Shown: positions 18,605 to 28,270 of the stretch, in pieces
How positions within the stretch are numbered: the first letter of the stretch is position 1
Layout: every line of letters begins with the position of its first letter
Assembly: GCA_963665095.1 (NCBI GenBank)
Contig: OY762069.1
Location: 4,384,001 to 4,448,000 of the forward strand
Length of the DNA: 64,000 nucleotides
Reading direction: 5' to 3'
From: an uncultured Desulfobacter sp.
GTDB lineage: Bacteria; Desulfobacterota; Desulfobacteria; Desulfobacterales; Desulfobacteraceae
Notes under the pieces: model-generated
Seen by the model: only the letters and a program-made list of their open reading frames with translations
Told to the model about the DNA's origin: nothing
The model's database searches: none
Made by a program: the position numbers and the translations under genes

Positions 18605-20392
18605 GTGACGGATTTACTTGGAGATATGAAACGGACACACTCCTGCATTGAATTAAATGATACCCACATTGGCCAGGAAGTTGTCCTCATGGGCTGGGTT
18701 CAGCACCGCCGGGACCACGGCGGGGTTATTTTTGTGGACCTTCGGGACCGGGAAGGCATTACCCAGGTTGTATTTGATCCGTCGGTATCCCAGGCTGTTC
18801 ATCAGAAAGCCCAGGACATTAGAAGCGAATATGTTCTGGGGGTCAGAGGCAAGGTGGCAGGGCGGCCTGCAGATATGGTCAACCCCAAAATGACCACTGG
18901 TGCCATTGAGATTCTTGTGGAAGAACTTCGAATTTTTTCCATAGCCAAGACCCCGCCCTTTCAGATCGAAGACCGGGTGGATGCCTCAGAGCTTATCCGG
19001 TTGCAGTACCGGTATCTGGATTTAAGGCGCACCCAGCTGAAAAACAACATTCTGGCCCGGCATAAAACCACCATGACCGTAAGAAATTACCTGGATGACA
19101 AAGGATTCGTGGATATTGAAACCCCGTTTCTGACCAAAAGCACCCCTGAAGGAGCCAGGGACTATCTGGTACCCTCCCGGGTCAACCAGGGAGATTTTTA
19201 TGCCCTGCCCCAGTCTCCCCAGCTTTTCAAACAGCTTTTGATGATCTCCGGCTTTGACCGGTACTATCAGATTGTGAAGTGCTTCAGGGACGAGGATCTG
19301 CGGGCGGACCGTCAGCCTGAGTTCACCCAGATCGATATGGAGCTCTCCTTTGTGGATGAAAAGACCGTGATGGAGATTACAGAAGGTCTGATTAAATCCA
19401 TATTCAAGAATGTACTGAACCTGGATTTCACAGAACCCTTTCCCAGCATGACCTGGGCCGAGGCCATGGACCGGTTCGGCATTGACCGCCCGGATTTGCG
19501 GTTTGACCTGGAGCTCAAAAATGTCTCCGACATTGTGGCCAATGCCGACTTCAAGGTGTTTGCCTCTGTAGTAAAAAAAGGGGGCCTGGTCAAGGCCATC
19601 AATGCCAAGGGCTGTGCCGAGTTTACCCGCAGAGAAATTGATGAACTCACCGAATTTGCAGCCGTTTACAGAGCCAAAGGTCTTGCCTGGATAAAAATCA
19701 AGGAAGACCAGTGGCAGTCCCCCATTGCCAAGTTTTTCTCCGATGATGAAAAACAGGCCCTTATAGAGCGCCTGGACCTTGAGCCCGGAGATATTGTCTT
19801 TTTTGTGGCGGACCAGCCCAAAGTCACCAATGAAGCCCTGGGTCAGCTGAGAAATGAACTGGCACGCAGGCTGGGGCTTATTGATGAAAATGAGTTTAAA
19901 TTTACCTGGATTACCCACTTTCCCATGTTTGAATATGATGAAACAGAAAAACGCTACCAGGCACTTCATCATCCGTTTACGGCTCCCATGGAAGAGGACC
20001 TTGAGAAACTGGAGACAGATCCCCTCGCAGTTAACTCCAGGGCCTATGACCTGGTTCTTAACGGCATTGAGATTGGTGGCGGCAGCATCCGTATCCACGA
20101 CAGCGCGCTTCAGGAACGGGTACTTAAATGCCTGGGAATCGGTGAAAAGGAGGCAAAGGAAAAATTTGGATTTCTGCTGGATGCGTTAAGTTTCGGGGCA
20201 CCTCCCCATGGCGGCCTGGCGTTCGGCCTGGACAGGCTGGTCATGCTGCTGTGCCGTGAGGACTCCATCCGTAACGTGATTGCCTTTCCCAAAACCCAGA
20301 AAGCCACCTGCCTGATGACCGGTGCACCGTCTAAGGCTGCCCCGGGCCAGCTCCAGGAACTGGCTATTAAAACGCTTAAAGTGGTGGAATAA
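18605..20392 (+). CDS. aspS: Aspartate--tRNA ligase, possibly non-discriminating
   Basis: RRDHGG, TPEGARDY, LPQSPQLFKQ, FRDEDLRADRQPEF and GAPPHGG motifs. Confidence 0.98.
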   Translation: MTDLLGDMKRTHSCIELNDTHIGQEVVLMGWVQHRRDHGGVIFVDLRDREGITQVVFDPSVSQAVHQKAQDIRSEYVLGVRGKVAGRPADMVNPKMTTGAIEILVEELRIFSIAKTPPFQIEDRVDASELIRLQYRYLDLRRTQLKNNILARHKTTMTVRNYLDDKGFVDIETPFLTKSTPEGARDYLVPSRVNQGDFYALPQSPQLFKQLLMISGFDRYYQIVKCFRDEDLRADRQPEFTQIDMELSFVDEKTVMEITEGLIKSIFKNVLNLDFTEPFPSMTWAEAMDRFGIDRPDLRFDLELKNVSDIVANADFKVFASVVKKGGLVKAINAKGCAEFTRREIDELTEFAAVYRAKGLAWIKIKEDQWQSPIAKFFSDDEKQALIERLDLEPGDIVFFVADQPKVTNEALGQLRNELARRLGLIDENEFKFTWITHFPMFEYDETEKRYQALHHPFTAPMEEDLEKLETDPLAVNSRAYDLVLNGIEIGGGSIRIHDSALQERVLKCLGIGEKEAKEKFGFLLDALSFGAPPHGGLAFGLDRLVMLLCREDSIRNVIAFPKTQKATCLMTGAPSKAAPGQLQELAIKTLKVVE

Positions 20393-20423
20393 GTTGTAAT
20401 TAATACATCGTCGTACCGTATAT

Positions 20424-20468
20424 AAAAAAAGCCCGGAGGCCATATTTCTTCTTCCGGGCTTTTATTTT
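20424..20468. terminator. Bidirectional intrinsic terminator between aspS and minE
   Basis: A-tract, GCCCGGA / TCCGGGC stem, T-tract. Confidence 0.75.
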
Positions 20469-20496
20469 TAAGGTATAGCTGAAATATATTTACGTT

Positions 20497-20763
20497 CTAA
20501 GTCCGCTTTCTTTTTACGTGGAGAATCGGCGTATTAAACACCAGGGCAGATACCTGGTTGTCATTTTTTACTTTAAGCTCCAAAGCGTCTTTATCAATTT
20601 CAAAATATTTTGATATCACATTCACGATATCTGTCTGAAGGTCAGTCAGCGTTGTATCGTTCACCTCAAGCTTGTCATAGATCAAAGAAAATTGAAGGCG
20701 CTTTTTTGCTTCGTCACTACTTCTTTTGTTGCCGGTGAACCGTCTCAAAAATTCTTGCAGCAT
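20497..20763 (-). CDS. minE: Cell division topological specificity factor
   Basis: SSDEAKKRLQ and DIVNVISKYFEID motifs; directly follows minD. Confidence 0.92.
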   Translation of the reverse strand: MLQEFLRRFTGNKRSSDEAKKRLQFSLIYDKLEVNDTTLTDLQTDIVNVISKYFEIDKDALELKVKNDNQVSALVFNTPILHVKRKRT

Positions 20764-20773
20764 TCAACTCTCC

Positions 20774-21571
20774 TTATTTTAACCCAAATGTTTTGCTCAG
20801 TTTGCTCCAAACGCTGGTCTTCTGGGCAGGCACCTCAATGGGGAGATCTGTTTCTCCATTCAGGCGCTTGGCAATTCTTCGAAAAGCCTGCCCGGCACGG
20901 GAATCATTCTGGAGCACCAAAGGGGTTCCGGTATTGGATGAGATCAGCACCTTTTCATCCATGGGCACAAGGCCAGCCAGTTCAATGGACAATATGTCAA
21001 GCACATCTTCATGGCTGAGCATTTCACCACGCTCTACACGGGCCGGTTCGATCCGGTTGACAATGAGCTTGGGTTCCAGAGACCGTGCATATAAAAGGCC
21101 GATGACCCGGTCTGCGTCTCTGACTGCTGAGACATCCGGGGTGCAGACCACAAGGGCTTCGCTGGCACCGACAATTGAGTTCTCAAACCCTCTTTCAATC
21201 CCGGCCGGAGAGTCCATGATCACATAATCAAATTTTTTGCGGAGTTCCTTGGCAACCCGTTCAACACCGGCCGGTGTCAGCACATCTTTATTATCACTCT
21301 GGGAAGCAGGGATTAAAAAAAGATTGTCAATACGTCTGTCCCTGATGGCGGCCTGATCGATTCTGCATTTGCCCTGGACCACATCCACGATGTTGAAAAC
21401 AATCCGGTTTTCCAGACCCATGACCACGTCAAGGTTTCGCAGGCCGATATCCATGTCCACAATGGCAACCCTCTTGCCTTCAAGGGCAAGGGCGGCACCT
21501 ATGGAGGAAGTTGCCGTTGTTTTGCCCACTCCGCCCTTTCCAGATGTTACGACAATGATTTTTCCTTCCAA
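20774..21571 (-). CDS. minD: Septum site-determining ATPase
   Basis: TSGKGGVGKTT, DIGLRNLD and DSPAGIE; C-terminal amphipathic helix. TTG 21571 after GAGG is the preferred start. Confidence 0.97.
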   Translation of the reverse strand: MEGKIIVVTSGKGGVGKTTATSSIGAALALEGKRVAIVDMDIGLRNLDVVMGLENRIVFNIVDVVQGKCRIDQAAIRDRRIDNLFLIPASQSDNKDVLTPAGVERVAKELRKKFDYVIMDSPAGIERGFENSIVGASEALVVCTPDVSAVRDADRVIGLLYARSLEPKLIVNRIEPARVERGEMLSHEDVLDILSIELAGLVPMDEKVLISSNTGTPLVLQNDSRAGQAFRRIAKRLNGETDLPIEVPAQKTSVWSKLSKTFGLK

Positions 21572-21610
21572 ATTACACCTCAACTCAATATTTATGGTTG
21601 TGTTTACTTC

Positions 21611-22300
21611 TTAAATAACTTCCGGCCAGGGCATCCTCTTAAACGGATTTGCCTTCATGTAATTTTTTACCACAATGTTGCCCTGCTCTATACAGGCGAA
21701 TTCAGGGCCAACAGCCCCTGCTTCTCCACTCCCGGCTGCTGTGACAGAACCAATTTTTACCAGATTGGGATTAAATGCCAGAGAAAAAATAATGGCATCC
21801 TCATTTTCAGGAAAGCCGGCATGAACTTTTCCGGCCAGAGTGCCCAGCACGATAATATCTCCGCCTGCAGTCAGTTCCGCACCGGGATTCACGTCCCCCG
21901 TGATCACCAGGTGTTTTCTGGCATTGATTTTCTGGCCTGACCTCACCCGCCCCCTGAGCATAAGCACATCACTTTTATGTTGATTCCAACCCTTGGATAA
22001 ATCCCTTTGCCTGATCCGTTCTGTGGGCATGGAACGTTTTTTGGGGGAGGTTGCAATCCTGCCAAGCTCAAAATTGGTTTCCAGATAAGCTTTAATTCTG
22101 GCAATCAGATCTTCCTGACCATTGGCATCACCGGTATCAAGCGTTATATCTGCATTAATGGTCAGATGCTTGAGTTTTTTCAATAATCTGTCAATTTCAG
22201 CGATGATCTCCGCTTCCGGATGAGAAGGGTCTATGGTAATCCACAGCCCGCCGCCGGCGCCTTTGAGTTTGACAGGAGCGGTGTTATCAAAATTTATCAT
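21611..22300 (-). CDS. minC: Septum site-determining protein
   Basis: VRSGQKI, GDVNPGAEL and GKVHAG motifs. Confidence 0.92.
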   Translation of the reverse strand: MINFDNTAPVKLKGAGGGLWITIDPSHPEAEIIAEIDRLLKKLKHLTINADITLDTGDANGQEDLIARIKAYLETNFELGRIATSPKKRSMPTERIRQRDLSKGWNQHKSDVLMLRGRVRSGQKINARKHLVITGDVNPGAELTAGGDIIVLGTLAGKVHAGFPENEDAIIFSLAFNPNLVKIGSVTAAGSGEAGAVGPEFACIEQGNIVVKNYMKANPFKRMPWPEVI

Positions 22301-22479
22301 CAGATTCCATCAGCAAATTGAAATTTATCCGTATATCATATCTGTCTGCCTGAAAAAAAGCGTTTCAAAATATGGACCTTATGGATGTTTTCGAGACTAT
22401 AGAAAATCAGGAAAAATGTGTCAAGGAATGATACTTTTCTTAAGGAGGCATGCAGAGGCACATGCCTTTGATCAGCCTG

Positions 22480-23631
22480 TCAGCCAAGAATCTCCCGTAA
22501 TTTATGAGAAAAATCAACCACAGAATAGGGTTTGAGAATATAGCCCTTACAGCCTTGTTTGAGCATTTCCTGGGCATTTTCATCAATGGCATATCCTGTG
22601 GAAAGCAGCACTTTAATATCAGAATTTAGCTTTTTTAAGGCCAGAAAAGTATCAAGGCCGTTCATTTCAGGCATGATCATATCCAGAACCACGACGCTTA
22701 TTTCGTTTTGTTTTTCCGTATATATTTCAAGCGCCTGTTTACCGGATGCCGCTGTGAATACAGTGTAACCCAGTGCCTTGCATATGGTTTTCCCGACATT
22801 GAGAATCCGTTCTTCATCATCCACGAGAAGAACAGATTCATGACCGAGCATTAACTTGTCCTGTGCCGAAGGCATATCGTCCATATGGAGGCTTTTTTCG
22901 GCCAGGGGCAGAATAATGGAAAAAGAAGACCCTACACCAGGAGAGCTCCAGACATCAATAACCCCACCATGGTGCTTGACAATATTTTTTGCAAAGGTCA
23001 GCCCCAGCCCTTTTTTTTCCGGAAATTTTTTGTGGTTATGGGAGTAAAACGGTCTGAATATCTGCTCCAGGGTGGTGCTGTCCATGCCGATGCCGGTATC
23101 GGTAATGGAAATCTTGCAAAAAAATCCGGAAGGCAGGCCATAGGCATCAGCTGTTCCGTTTACAATGGATGCGGCCTGTGTATTCACAGACAATTTGCCA
23201 CCATTTGGCATGGCCTGCAAGCCGTTTTCAACAATGACTGCCACAACCTGCTGAATTTTATCAGGGTCCCCTTTTATGATCAACGGCTTGGCATCAAGAT
23301 TGACGTCCAGAATAACCCGCTGCCCTTTCAGGTCAAGGTTCTCCATGGCAGACCGCACCAGCCTGTTGGCATCCATTCTGGCCATGTAAACTTCATCCGC
23401 CATGGCAAAGCCCAGTAACTGGCTGGCCAGATCTGACCCTTTGTCGATACAGGAAAGGATTTCCGTTACATGGCCGTAAAGGGGGTCGGTGGGATGAATA
23501 TTACTGAGCATCAATGATGCATGCCCTTTAATGGCAGTTAAAAGATTGTTGACATCATGGGCAATGCCATTGGCCAGTGCCTCTACGGCGTCTGTTTTGT
23601 CAAACTGGGTTCCGGTGGTAATATGTTCCAT
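22480..23631 (-). CDS. Hybrid histidine kinase with no input domain (HisKA-HATPase-REC)
   Basis: The H-box LANGIAHDVNN lies within the first 30 aa; DTGIGM, GLGL and VVLDMIMP motifs. Confidence 0.88.
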   Translation of the reverse strand: MEHITTGTQFDKTDAVEALANGIAHDVNNLLTAIKGHASLMLSNIHPTDPLYGHVTEILSCIDKGSDLASQLLGFAMADEVYMARMDANRLVRSAMENLDLKGQRVILDVNLDAKPLIIKGDPDKIQQVVAVIVENGLQAMPNGGKLSVNTQAASIVNGTADAYGLPSGFFCKISITDTGIGMDSTTLEQIFRPFYSHNHKKFPEKKGLGLTFAKNIVKHHGGVIDVWSSPGVGSSFSIILPLAEKSLHMDDMPSAQDKLMLGHESVLLVDDEERILNVGKTICKALGYTVFTAASGKQALEIYTEKQNEISVVVLDMIMPEMNGLDTFLALKKLNSDIKVLLSTGYAIDENAQEMLKQGCKGYILKPYSVVDFSHKLREILG

Positions 23632-23662
23632 TGGGTCATTATCCTGGCATTATGTCTTAAGC

Positions 23663-24313
23663 CTATTCCAGGGAGATAATACCTTCAAGAATGGCATATT
23701 TGGTCAAGCCTGCCACTGAAAAAATATTGAGTTTTTTCATAATATTTCTTCGGTGGGTTTCAACAGTTTTAATACTGACAGACAGTGTTTCTGCAATGTC
23801 CCGGGTTTTTTTCCCTTCTGCTATCAGTTGAAGGACTTCACGTTCCTTACGGGAAATTTTATTAGACTTGGGCGGGGAATCCCATCTGCCTAGTTGCCTG
23901 CCCTTATCGTCTGCATACATTCTGGCAATGGCGGGCGTCAGATAAAAATTGGTACGCAGAACCTCCTGAATGGCATCATAAATTTCTTCAAAGGCGGACT
24001 GTTTAAGAACATAGCCGGATGCTCCTGATGCAAACATGCTATCAATAATCTGTTTGCTTGAGTGCATGGACAGGGCAATAACCCGGGTGTGCGGGACCTC
24101 TTCTCTGATTTTGGCCGTGGCGTCCACTCCGTTGAGGTCAGGCATGGCAATATCCATCATTACAATATCCGGCTCAAGACGAATCGCCTTTTCAACGGCC
24201 TCCCTGCCGTTCTTTGCAATATCCATAACTTTGATGCCTTTTTTTTCCAGAAGGGTTTTTAAGCCTTCCCGGATTATGGCATGGTCGTCTGCTATAATGA
24301 CTTTTAATTGCAT
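23663..24313 (-). CDS. NarL/LuxR-family response regulator
   Basis: IADDH and MMDIAMP receiver motifs; HTH SIKTVETHRRNIMKKL. Confidence 0.95.
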   Translation of the reverse strand: MQLKVIIADDHAIIREGLKTLLEKKGIKVMDIAKNGREAVEKAIRLEPDIVMMDIAMPDLNGVDATAKIREEVPHTRVIALSMHSSKQIIDSMFASGASGYVLKQSAFEEIYDAIQEVLRTNFYLTPAIARMYADDKGRQLGRWDSPPKSNKISRKEREVLQLIAEGKKTRDIAETLSVSIKTVETHRRNIMKKLNIFSVAGLTKYAILEGIISLE

Positions 24314-24459
24314 AAGGGTTCCAAAAAATAATCTATGGAAGTCTATATTGAAGGCAGGTGAAAATCAAATATAAATTAAAGATTTCTTGACACAGGGCAG
24401 TTTTTTGCGGTAATCAAGCCGACTACACCATTACTTTCCATAGAAACAATAATAGACGC

Positions 24460-24603
24460 CTACTCATTCCCGGGGAAATAGCCGTGTCCTGAGGGTGGGT
24501 AGCTGTTTAAATTTTTTTCTGGTCAACTGTGAGTTGGGAAGACCCGGTGGGACAAGAACACAACAATGGATAGGTCGCAGTTGACACTGCGACCTTTTTG
24601 TTT
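24460..24603 (+). promoter_or_regulatory. Putative attenuator-like leader upstream of aroB
   Basis: Hairpin at 24460-24502; 24522-24532 is complementary to 24575-24585; TTGACA at 24388 upstream. Confidence 0.5.
24572..24603 (+). terminator. Intrinsic terminator in the aroB leader
   Basis: Perfect 10-bp stem AGGTCGCAGT / ACTGCGACCT, 4-nt loop, then TTTTGTTT. Confidence 0.75.
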
Positions 24604-24648
24604 GCCCAAGTATAGGAATGTTGATAAAAAATTGCAGGAGGAAATACA

Positions 24649-24738
24649 ATGCTGATTGTAAAGGCGATAAAGAACACCACCGCCATCCACTTCTTATTCT
24701 TAAGGATATGGAATTATGATAAAACAATTTACTGTTAA
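24649..24738 (+). CDS. Putative 29-aa uORF overlapping the aroB start
   Basis: AGGAGG SD, then MLIVKAIKNTTAIHFLFLRIWNYDKTIYC*. Confidence 0.3.
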   Translation: MLIVKAIKNTTAIHFLFLRIWNYDKTIYC

Positions 24739-25753
24739 AGGCCGGCAGAAACAATCTGATATTTATGTGGGAGAGACCCTCTCCCGGGTGGAAAACTACC
24801 TGACGGACCAAAGTGCCTGTGTGATTGTTACCGACGAAAATATATATAAACTTTACGGCCGGCTTTTTCCCAATGTGCCGGTTATCACCATCGGTATCGG
24901 GGAAAATATCAAAACCCTTGCAACAGTGGAATATATTTTACGGGAACTGATCCGGACCGGATGCGACCGTTCAAGTTTTCTTTTAGCCATTGGCGGGGGC
25001 ATTGTCTGTGATATCGCCGGATTTGCAGCTTCTGTATTTTTAAGGGGTATCCGCTTTGGTTTTGTCTCCACCTCTCTGCTTTCCCAGGTGGATGCCAGCG
25101 TCGGAGGAAAAAACGGCGTGAACCTGGATGCTTTTAAGAATATGGTGGGTGTTTTTAACCAGCCGGAATTCGTTATATGTGACATTGAAATGCTGGCGAC
25201 CCTGCCTGAAAAGGAAATTTCCAACGGCCTTGCTGAGATTGTCAAACATGGACTGATCAAAGATCTGGCCCTGCTGGAATTTGTTGAACAAAATCAGAAA
25301 AAAGCTCTAACTCTGGACAGGGAAACCGTTTTCAGAATGGTGGCGGATTCAGTGGCAATAAAATCCCGAGTGGTTCAGGAAGATGAACGGGAAGCCGGGG
25401 AACGCCGCAAGCTTAATTTCGGACATACCATCGGTCATGCCATTGAAAAGCTTAACCCCTGCGGCCATGGCCGTGCCGTTGCCGCAGGCATGGTGGCGGC
25501 TGCCAGATTTTCACAGCATAAAGGCTACATCGGACAAGAGGATGTAAACCGGATCATTTCTCTACTCTCAGGTCTTCATCTGCCGGTAACCATTGAGGCT
25601 TCTTCAGCCCGGCTTATTGAAGCGGCATCCAGGGACAAAAAGAAACAGGGTGAGAATCTGTTCTTTGTTTTTCTTGAGAGGTTAGGTCAGGCAAAGGTAG
25701 ATAAAATCAGTTATAAAGAGTTGAACACATTTATTCATGACAACCTGGAATGA
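24716..25753 (+). CDS. aroB: 3-dehydroquinate synthase
   Basis: AIGGGIVCD, QVDASVGGKNG and LNFGHTIGHAIE motifs. Confidence 0.97.
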   Translation: MIKQFTVKGRQKQSDIYVGETLSRVENYLTDQSACVIVTDENIYKLYGRLFPNVPVITIGIGENIKTLATVEYILRELIRTGCDRSSFLLAIGGGIVCDIAGFAASVFLRGIRFGFVSTSLLSQVDASVGGKNGVNLDAFKNMVGVFNQPEFVICDIEMLATLPEKEISNGLAEIVKHGLIKDLALLEFVEQNQKKALTLDRETVFRMVADSVAIKSRVVQEDEREAGERRKLNFGHTIGHAIEKLNPCGHGRAVAAGMVAAARFSQHKGYIGQEDVNRIISLLSGLHLPVTIEASSARLIEAASRDKKKQGENLFFVFLERLGQAKVDKISYKELNTFIHDNLE

Positions 25754-25769
25754 ATCTGTATTTTTTTAA

Positions 25770-25809
25770 TTGACAGATTTAATTAAATAGGATTTAATCC
25801 TATTTAATT
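25770..25809 (+). promoter_or_regulatory. Sigma70 promoter overlapped by a perfect 14-1-14 palindrome (likely PerR/Fur operator)
   Basis: TTGACA-17 nt-TTTAAT; AATTAAATAGGATT-T-AATCCTATTTAATT at 25781-25809. Confidence 0.75.
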
Positions 25810-25832
25810 TTAATAACCAAATAAGGTTCCGC

Positions 25833-26264
25833 TTGGATAAATTTTACGAAAAGTGCAGGGAAAACCATTTAAAAATCACCCCTCAGCGGGCGGCGGTGTA
25901 TAAGGCGTTGACCCGGTCGCTTTCTCATCCCTGTGCTGAACAGATTCACAGAGAGGTTAGAAAGAAATTTCCGAATATCAGTCTGGACACTGTGAACAGG
26001 ACCCTTTTGACTTTTGCCGGGGCAAAAATGATTGATATTGTGGAGGGACATGGGGACCCCAGGCGCTTTGATCCGAACCAGGAAACCCACCACCATTTTT
26101 ATTGTTTGTCCTGCCATGGTATTTTTGATTTTAAGGCAGATATTCTGGATGAACTCGAACTTCCTGCTCAGATAGAGGAAAAATTCCAGATTACAGGCAG
26201 GCGCATCTGCCTGACAGGCTATTGTGAAAGCTGTCTGATCAAGATGGCCGTCAGCAACAGTTGA
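25833..26264 (+). CDS. perR: Fur-family repressor, PerR-like
   Basis: KITPQR, HPCAE, HHHFYCLSC and CESC motifs; lies before rubrerythrin. Confidence 0.8.
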   Translation: MDKFYEKCRENHLKITPQRAAVYKALTRSLSHPCAEQIHREVRKKFPNISLDTVNRTLLTFAGAKMIDIVEGHGDPRRFDPNQETHHHFYCLSCHGIFDFKADILDELELPAQIEEKFQITGRRICLTGYCESCLIKMAVSNS

Positions 26265-26368
26265 TCAAACATGCGGCAAATGTCCGCATACTGATAGTGC
26301 CCATTCATTAATCGACAGCAGTCGGGTGGGCTATTAACGTGACTTAGGAAAATAAGGAGATTTAAATT

Positions 26369-26944
26369 ATGGCAAGTCTGAAAGGCACCAAAACCGAAAA
26401 GAACCTGCTCACCGCTTTTGCCGGTGAATCCCAGGCAAGAATGCGCTATACCTATTTTGCAAGCCAGGCCAAAAAAGATGGCTATGTGCAGATTTCTGCA
26501 GTTTTTGCTGAAACTGCAGAGCAGGAAAAAGAACACGCCAAACGCTTTTTTAAATTCCTTGAGGGTGGAGAAATAGAAATTACAGGCACTTTTCCTGCCG
26601 GCGTCATCGGTACTACCCTGGAAAACCTGAAGGCATCTGCTGCCGGAGAAAATGAAGAGTGGTCTCAGATGTATCCTGAATTTGCCGCCGTGGCCAGGGA
26701 AGAGGGATTTGATGCTATTGCCATGGTCTTTGACATGGTGAGTGTGGCAGAAAAACAGCATGAAAAAAGGTACAATGATCTGGCTGCAAATATTGAAGCC
26801 GGCACGGTTTTCAAAAAAGAGGCCCCTGTTACCTGGCGCTGCCGGAATTGCGGTTATCTCCACGATGGTGTTGAAGCCCCTGAAATGTGTCCTGCATGTG
26901 CCCATCCTCAGGCCCATTTTGAAGTTCTCGGGGAAAACTGGTAG
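26369..26944 (+). CDS. rbr: Rubrerythrin
   Basis: AFAGESQA, EKEHA, EKQHE and rubredoxin-like CRNCG...CPACAH. Confidence 0.97.
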   Translation: MASLKGTKTEKNLLTAFAGESQARMRYTYFASQAKKDGYVQISAVFAETAEQEKEHAKRFFKFLEGGEIEITGTFPAGVIGTTLENLKASAAGENEEWSQMYPEFAAVAREEGFDAIAMVFDMVSVAEKQHEKRYNDLAANIEAGTVFKKEAPVTWRCRNCGYLHDGVEAPEMCPACAHPQAHFEVLGENW

Positions 26945-26955
26945 ATAGGTAAAAA

Positions 26956-26984
26956 TTGACAAAGCCCGATTATGAACTTATAGT
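26956..26984 (+). promoter_or_regulatory. Sigma70 promoter for trxA-trxB-bamD
   Basis: TTGACA-17 nt-TATAGT. Confidence 0.7.
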
Positions 26985-27017
26985 TACGGCAATTTTAACC
27001 TGAAACAGGAAGACATT

Positions 27018-27344
27018 ATGGCTGAAAATATTATTGATCTCAATGACGAAGATTTTGACGAACTGCTCAAAACATCAGACAAACCGGTTATGGTTGATTT
27101 CTGGGCACCCTGGTGCGGTCCCTGCAAAGCCATTGGTCCGACAGTCGAAGCATTGTCAGCAGAGTACGGGGATAAGATGAGTTTTGCCAAAGTGAATGTG
27201 GACGATAATCCCATAAGCCCCTCCAAGCACAATGTTCAGGCCATTCCCACCCTCATTTTTTTTAAAGACGGCAAGGTAGTGGAACAGATTACCGGCATGG
27301 TTGCAAAAGAAAAACTTGAAGAGGCCATTAAAAGCGTTCTTTAA
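27018..27344 (+). CDS. trxA: Thioredoxin
   Basis: DFWAPWCGPCK active site. Confidence 0.98.
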   Translation: MAENIIDLNDEDFDELLKTSDKPVMVDFWAPWCGPCKAIGPTVEALSAEYGDKMSFAKVNVDDNPISPSKHNVQAIPTLIFFKDGKVVEQITGMVAKEKLEEAIKSVL

Positions 27345-27355
27345 GGAGGCCGTCA

Positions 27356-28270
27356 ATGAGCGTGTATGATCTTGTAATCATTGGGGCCGGGCCTGCAGGC
27401 CTGACCGCAGGGCTTTATGCAGCCCGGGCCCGGATGAATGTTTTATTGCTTGAAAAGGCTGCGCCCGGCGGGCAGATTCTTGTCACAGACTGGATTGAGA
27501 ACTATCCCGGTTTTCCTGAAGGCATTTCCGGCTATGATCTGGCTGAAAAGATAAAGAAGCAGGCCCTTGACCTTGGGTTGACAATCGAAACCGCAGAGGT
27601 TCAGGGCCTGGATTTTTCTGCAGATATCAAAGAGATTCTTCTCAAAGATAGACGCATAAAAGCCAAATCCCTGATCATTGCCTCCGGTGCATCTCCCCGT
27701 AAGCCGGGGGTTGGCGAGGAACGATTCATGGGCAAGGGCGTCTCCTTTTGCGCCACCTGCGATGGGCCCTTTTTCCGGGATAAAACCCTTGTGGCCATTG
27801 GCGGGGGGGACACTGCTGTGCAGGAGTCCATTTTCCTCACAAGGTTTGCCAAAAAAGTATACGTGGTCCACCGCAGAGATGAGCTTCGGGCCACTAAAAT
27901 CCTCCAGGAACGGGCCTTTTCCAATGACAAAATTGAATTTATCTGGGATTCTGTTCCCACAGGGATGGATGGATTTTTTGGTGTCGAAAAGGTCAACATC
28001 AAGAATGTAAAAACTGGTGAAGAGTCTGTAATAAAAGCAGAAGGCTGTTTCATATGGATCGGTATTCTGCCAAACACCGAGTTTCTCAATGGTGCGGTTA
28101 AAACAGATGATTCAGGGTTTATTCTCGTAGACCAGAAAATGCAGACCAGTGTACCCGGTGTGTTTGCTGCCGGAGATGTCAGGGATACGCCGCTGAGACA
28201 GGTGGCAACGGCTGTGGGAGATGGCGCGGTGGCGGCCGTCAGTGCTGAGCATTATGTCGAAAGCCTATAA
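27356..28270 (+). CDS. trxB: Thioredoxin reductase
   Basis: GAGPAG, CATCDG, GGGDTA and FAAGD motifs. Confidence 0.97.
   Translation: MSVYDLVIIGAGPAGLTAGLYAARARMNVLLLEKAAPGGQILVTDWIENYPGFPEGISGYDLAEKIKKQALDLGLTIETAEVQGLDFSADIKEILLKDRRIKAKSLIIASGASPRKPGVGEERFMGKGVSFCATCDGPFFRDKTLVAIGGGDTAVQESIFLTRFAKKVYVVHRRDELRATKILQERAFSNDKIEFIWDSVPTGMDGFFGVEKVNIKNVKTGEESVIKAEGCFIWIGILPNTEFLNGAVKTDDSGFILVDQKMQTSVPGVFAAGDVRDTPLRQVATAVGDGAVAAVSAEHYVESL

Noticed and set aside
19022..20098. Long antisense ORFs (also 31788-32624, 37663-38499, 43124-44074, 45781-46581)
   Set aside because: They are shadows of well-supported genes on the opposite strand and carry no motifs.
24545..24556. T-box-like GGTGGGAC in the aroB leader
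   Set aside because: The flanking antiterminator helices and stem I motifs could not be formed.
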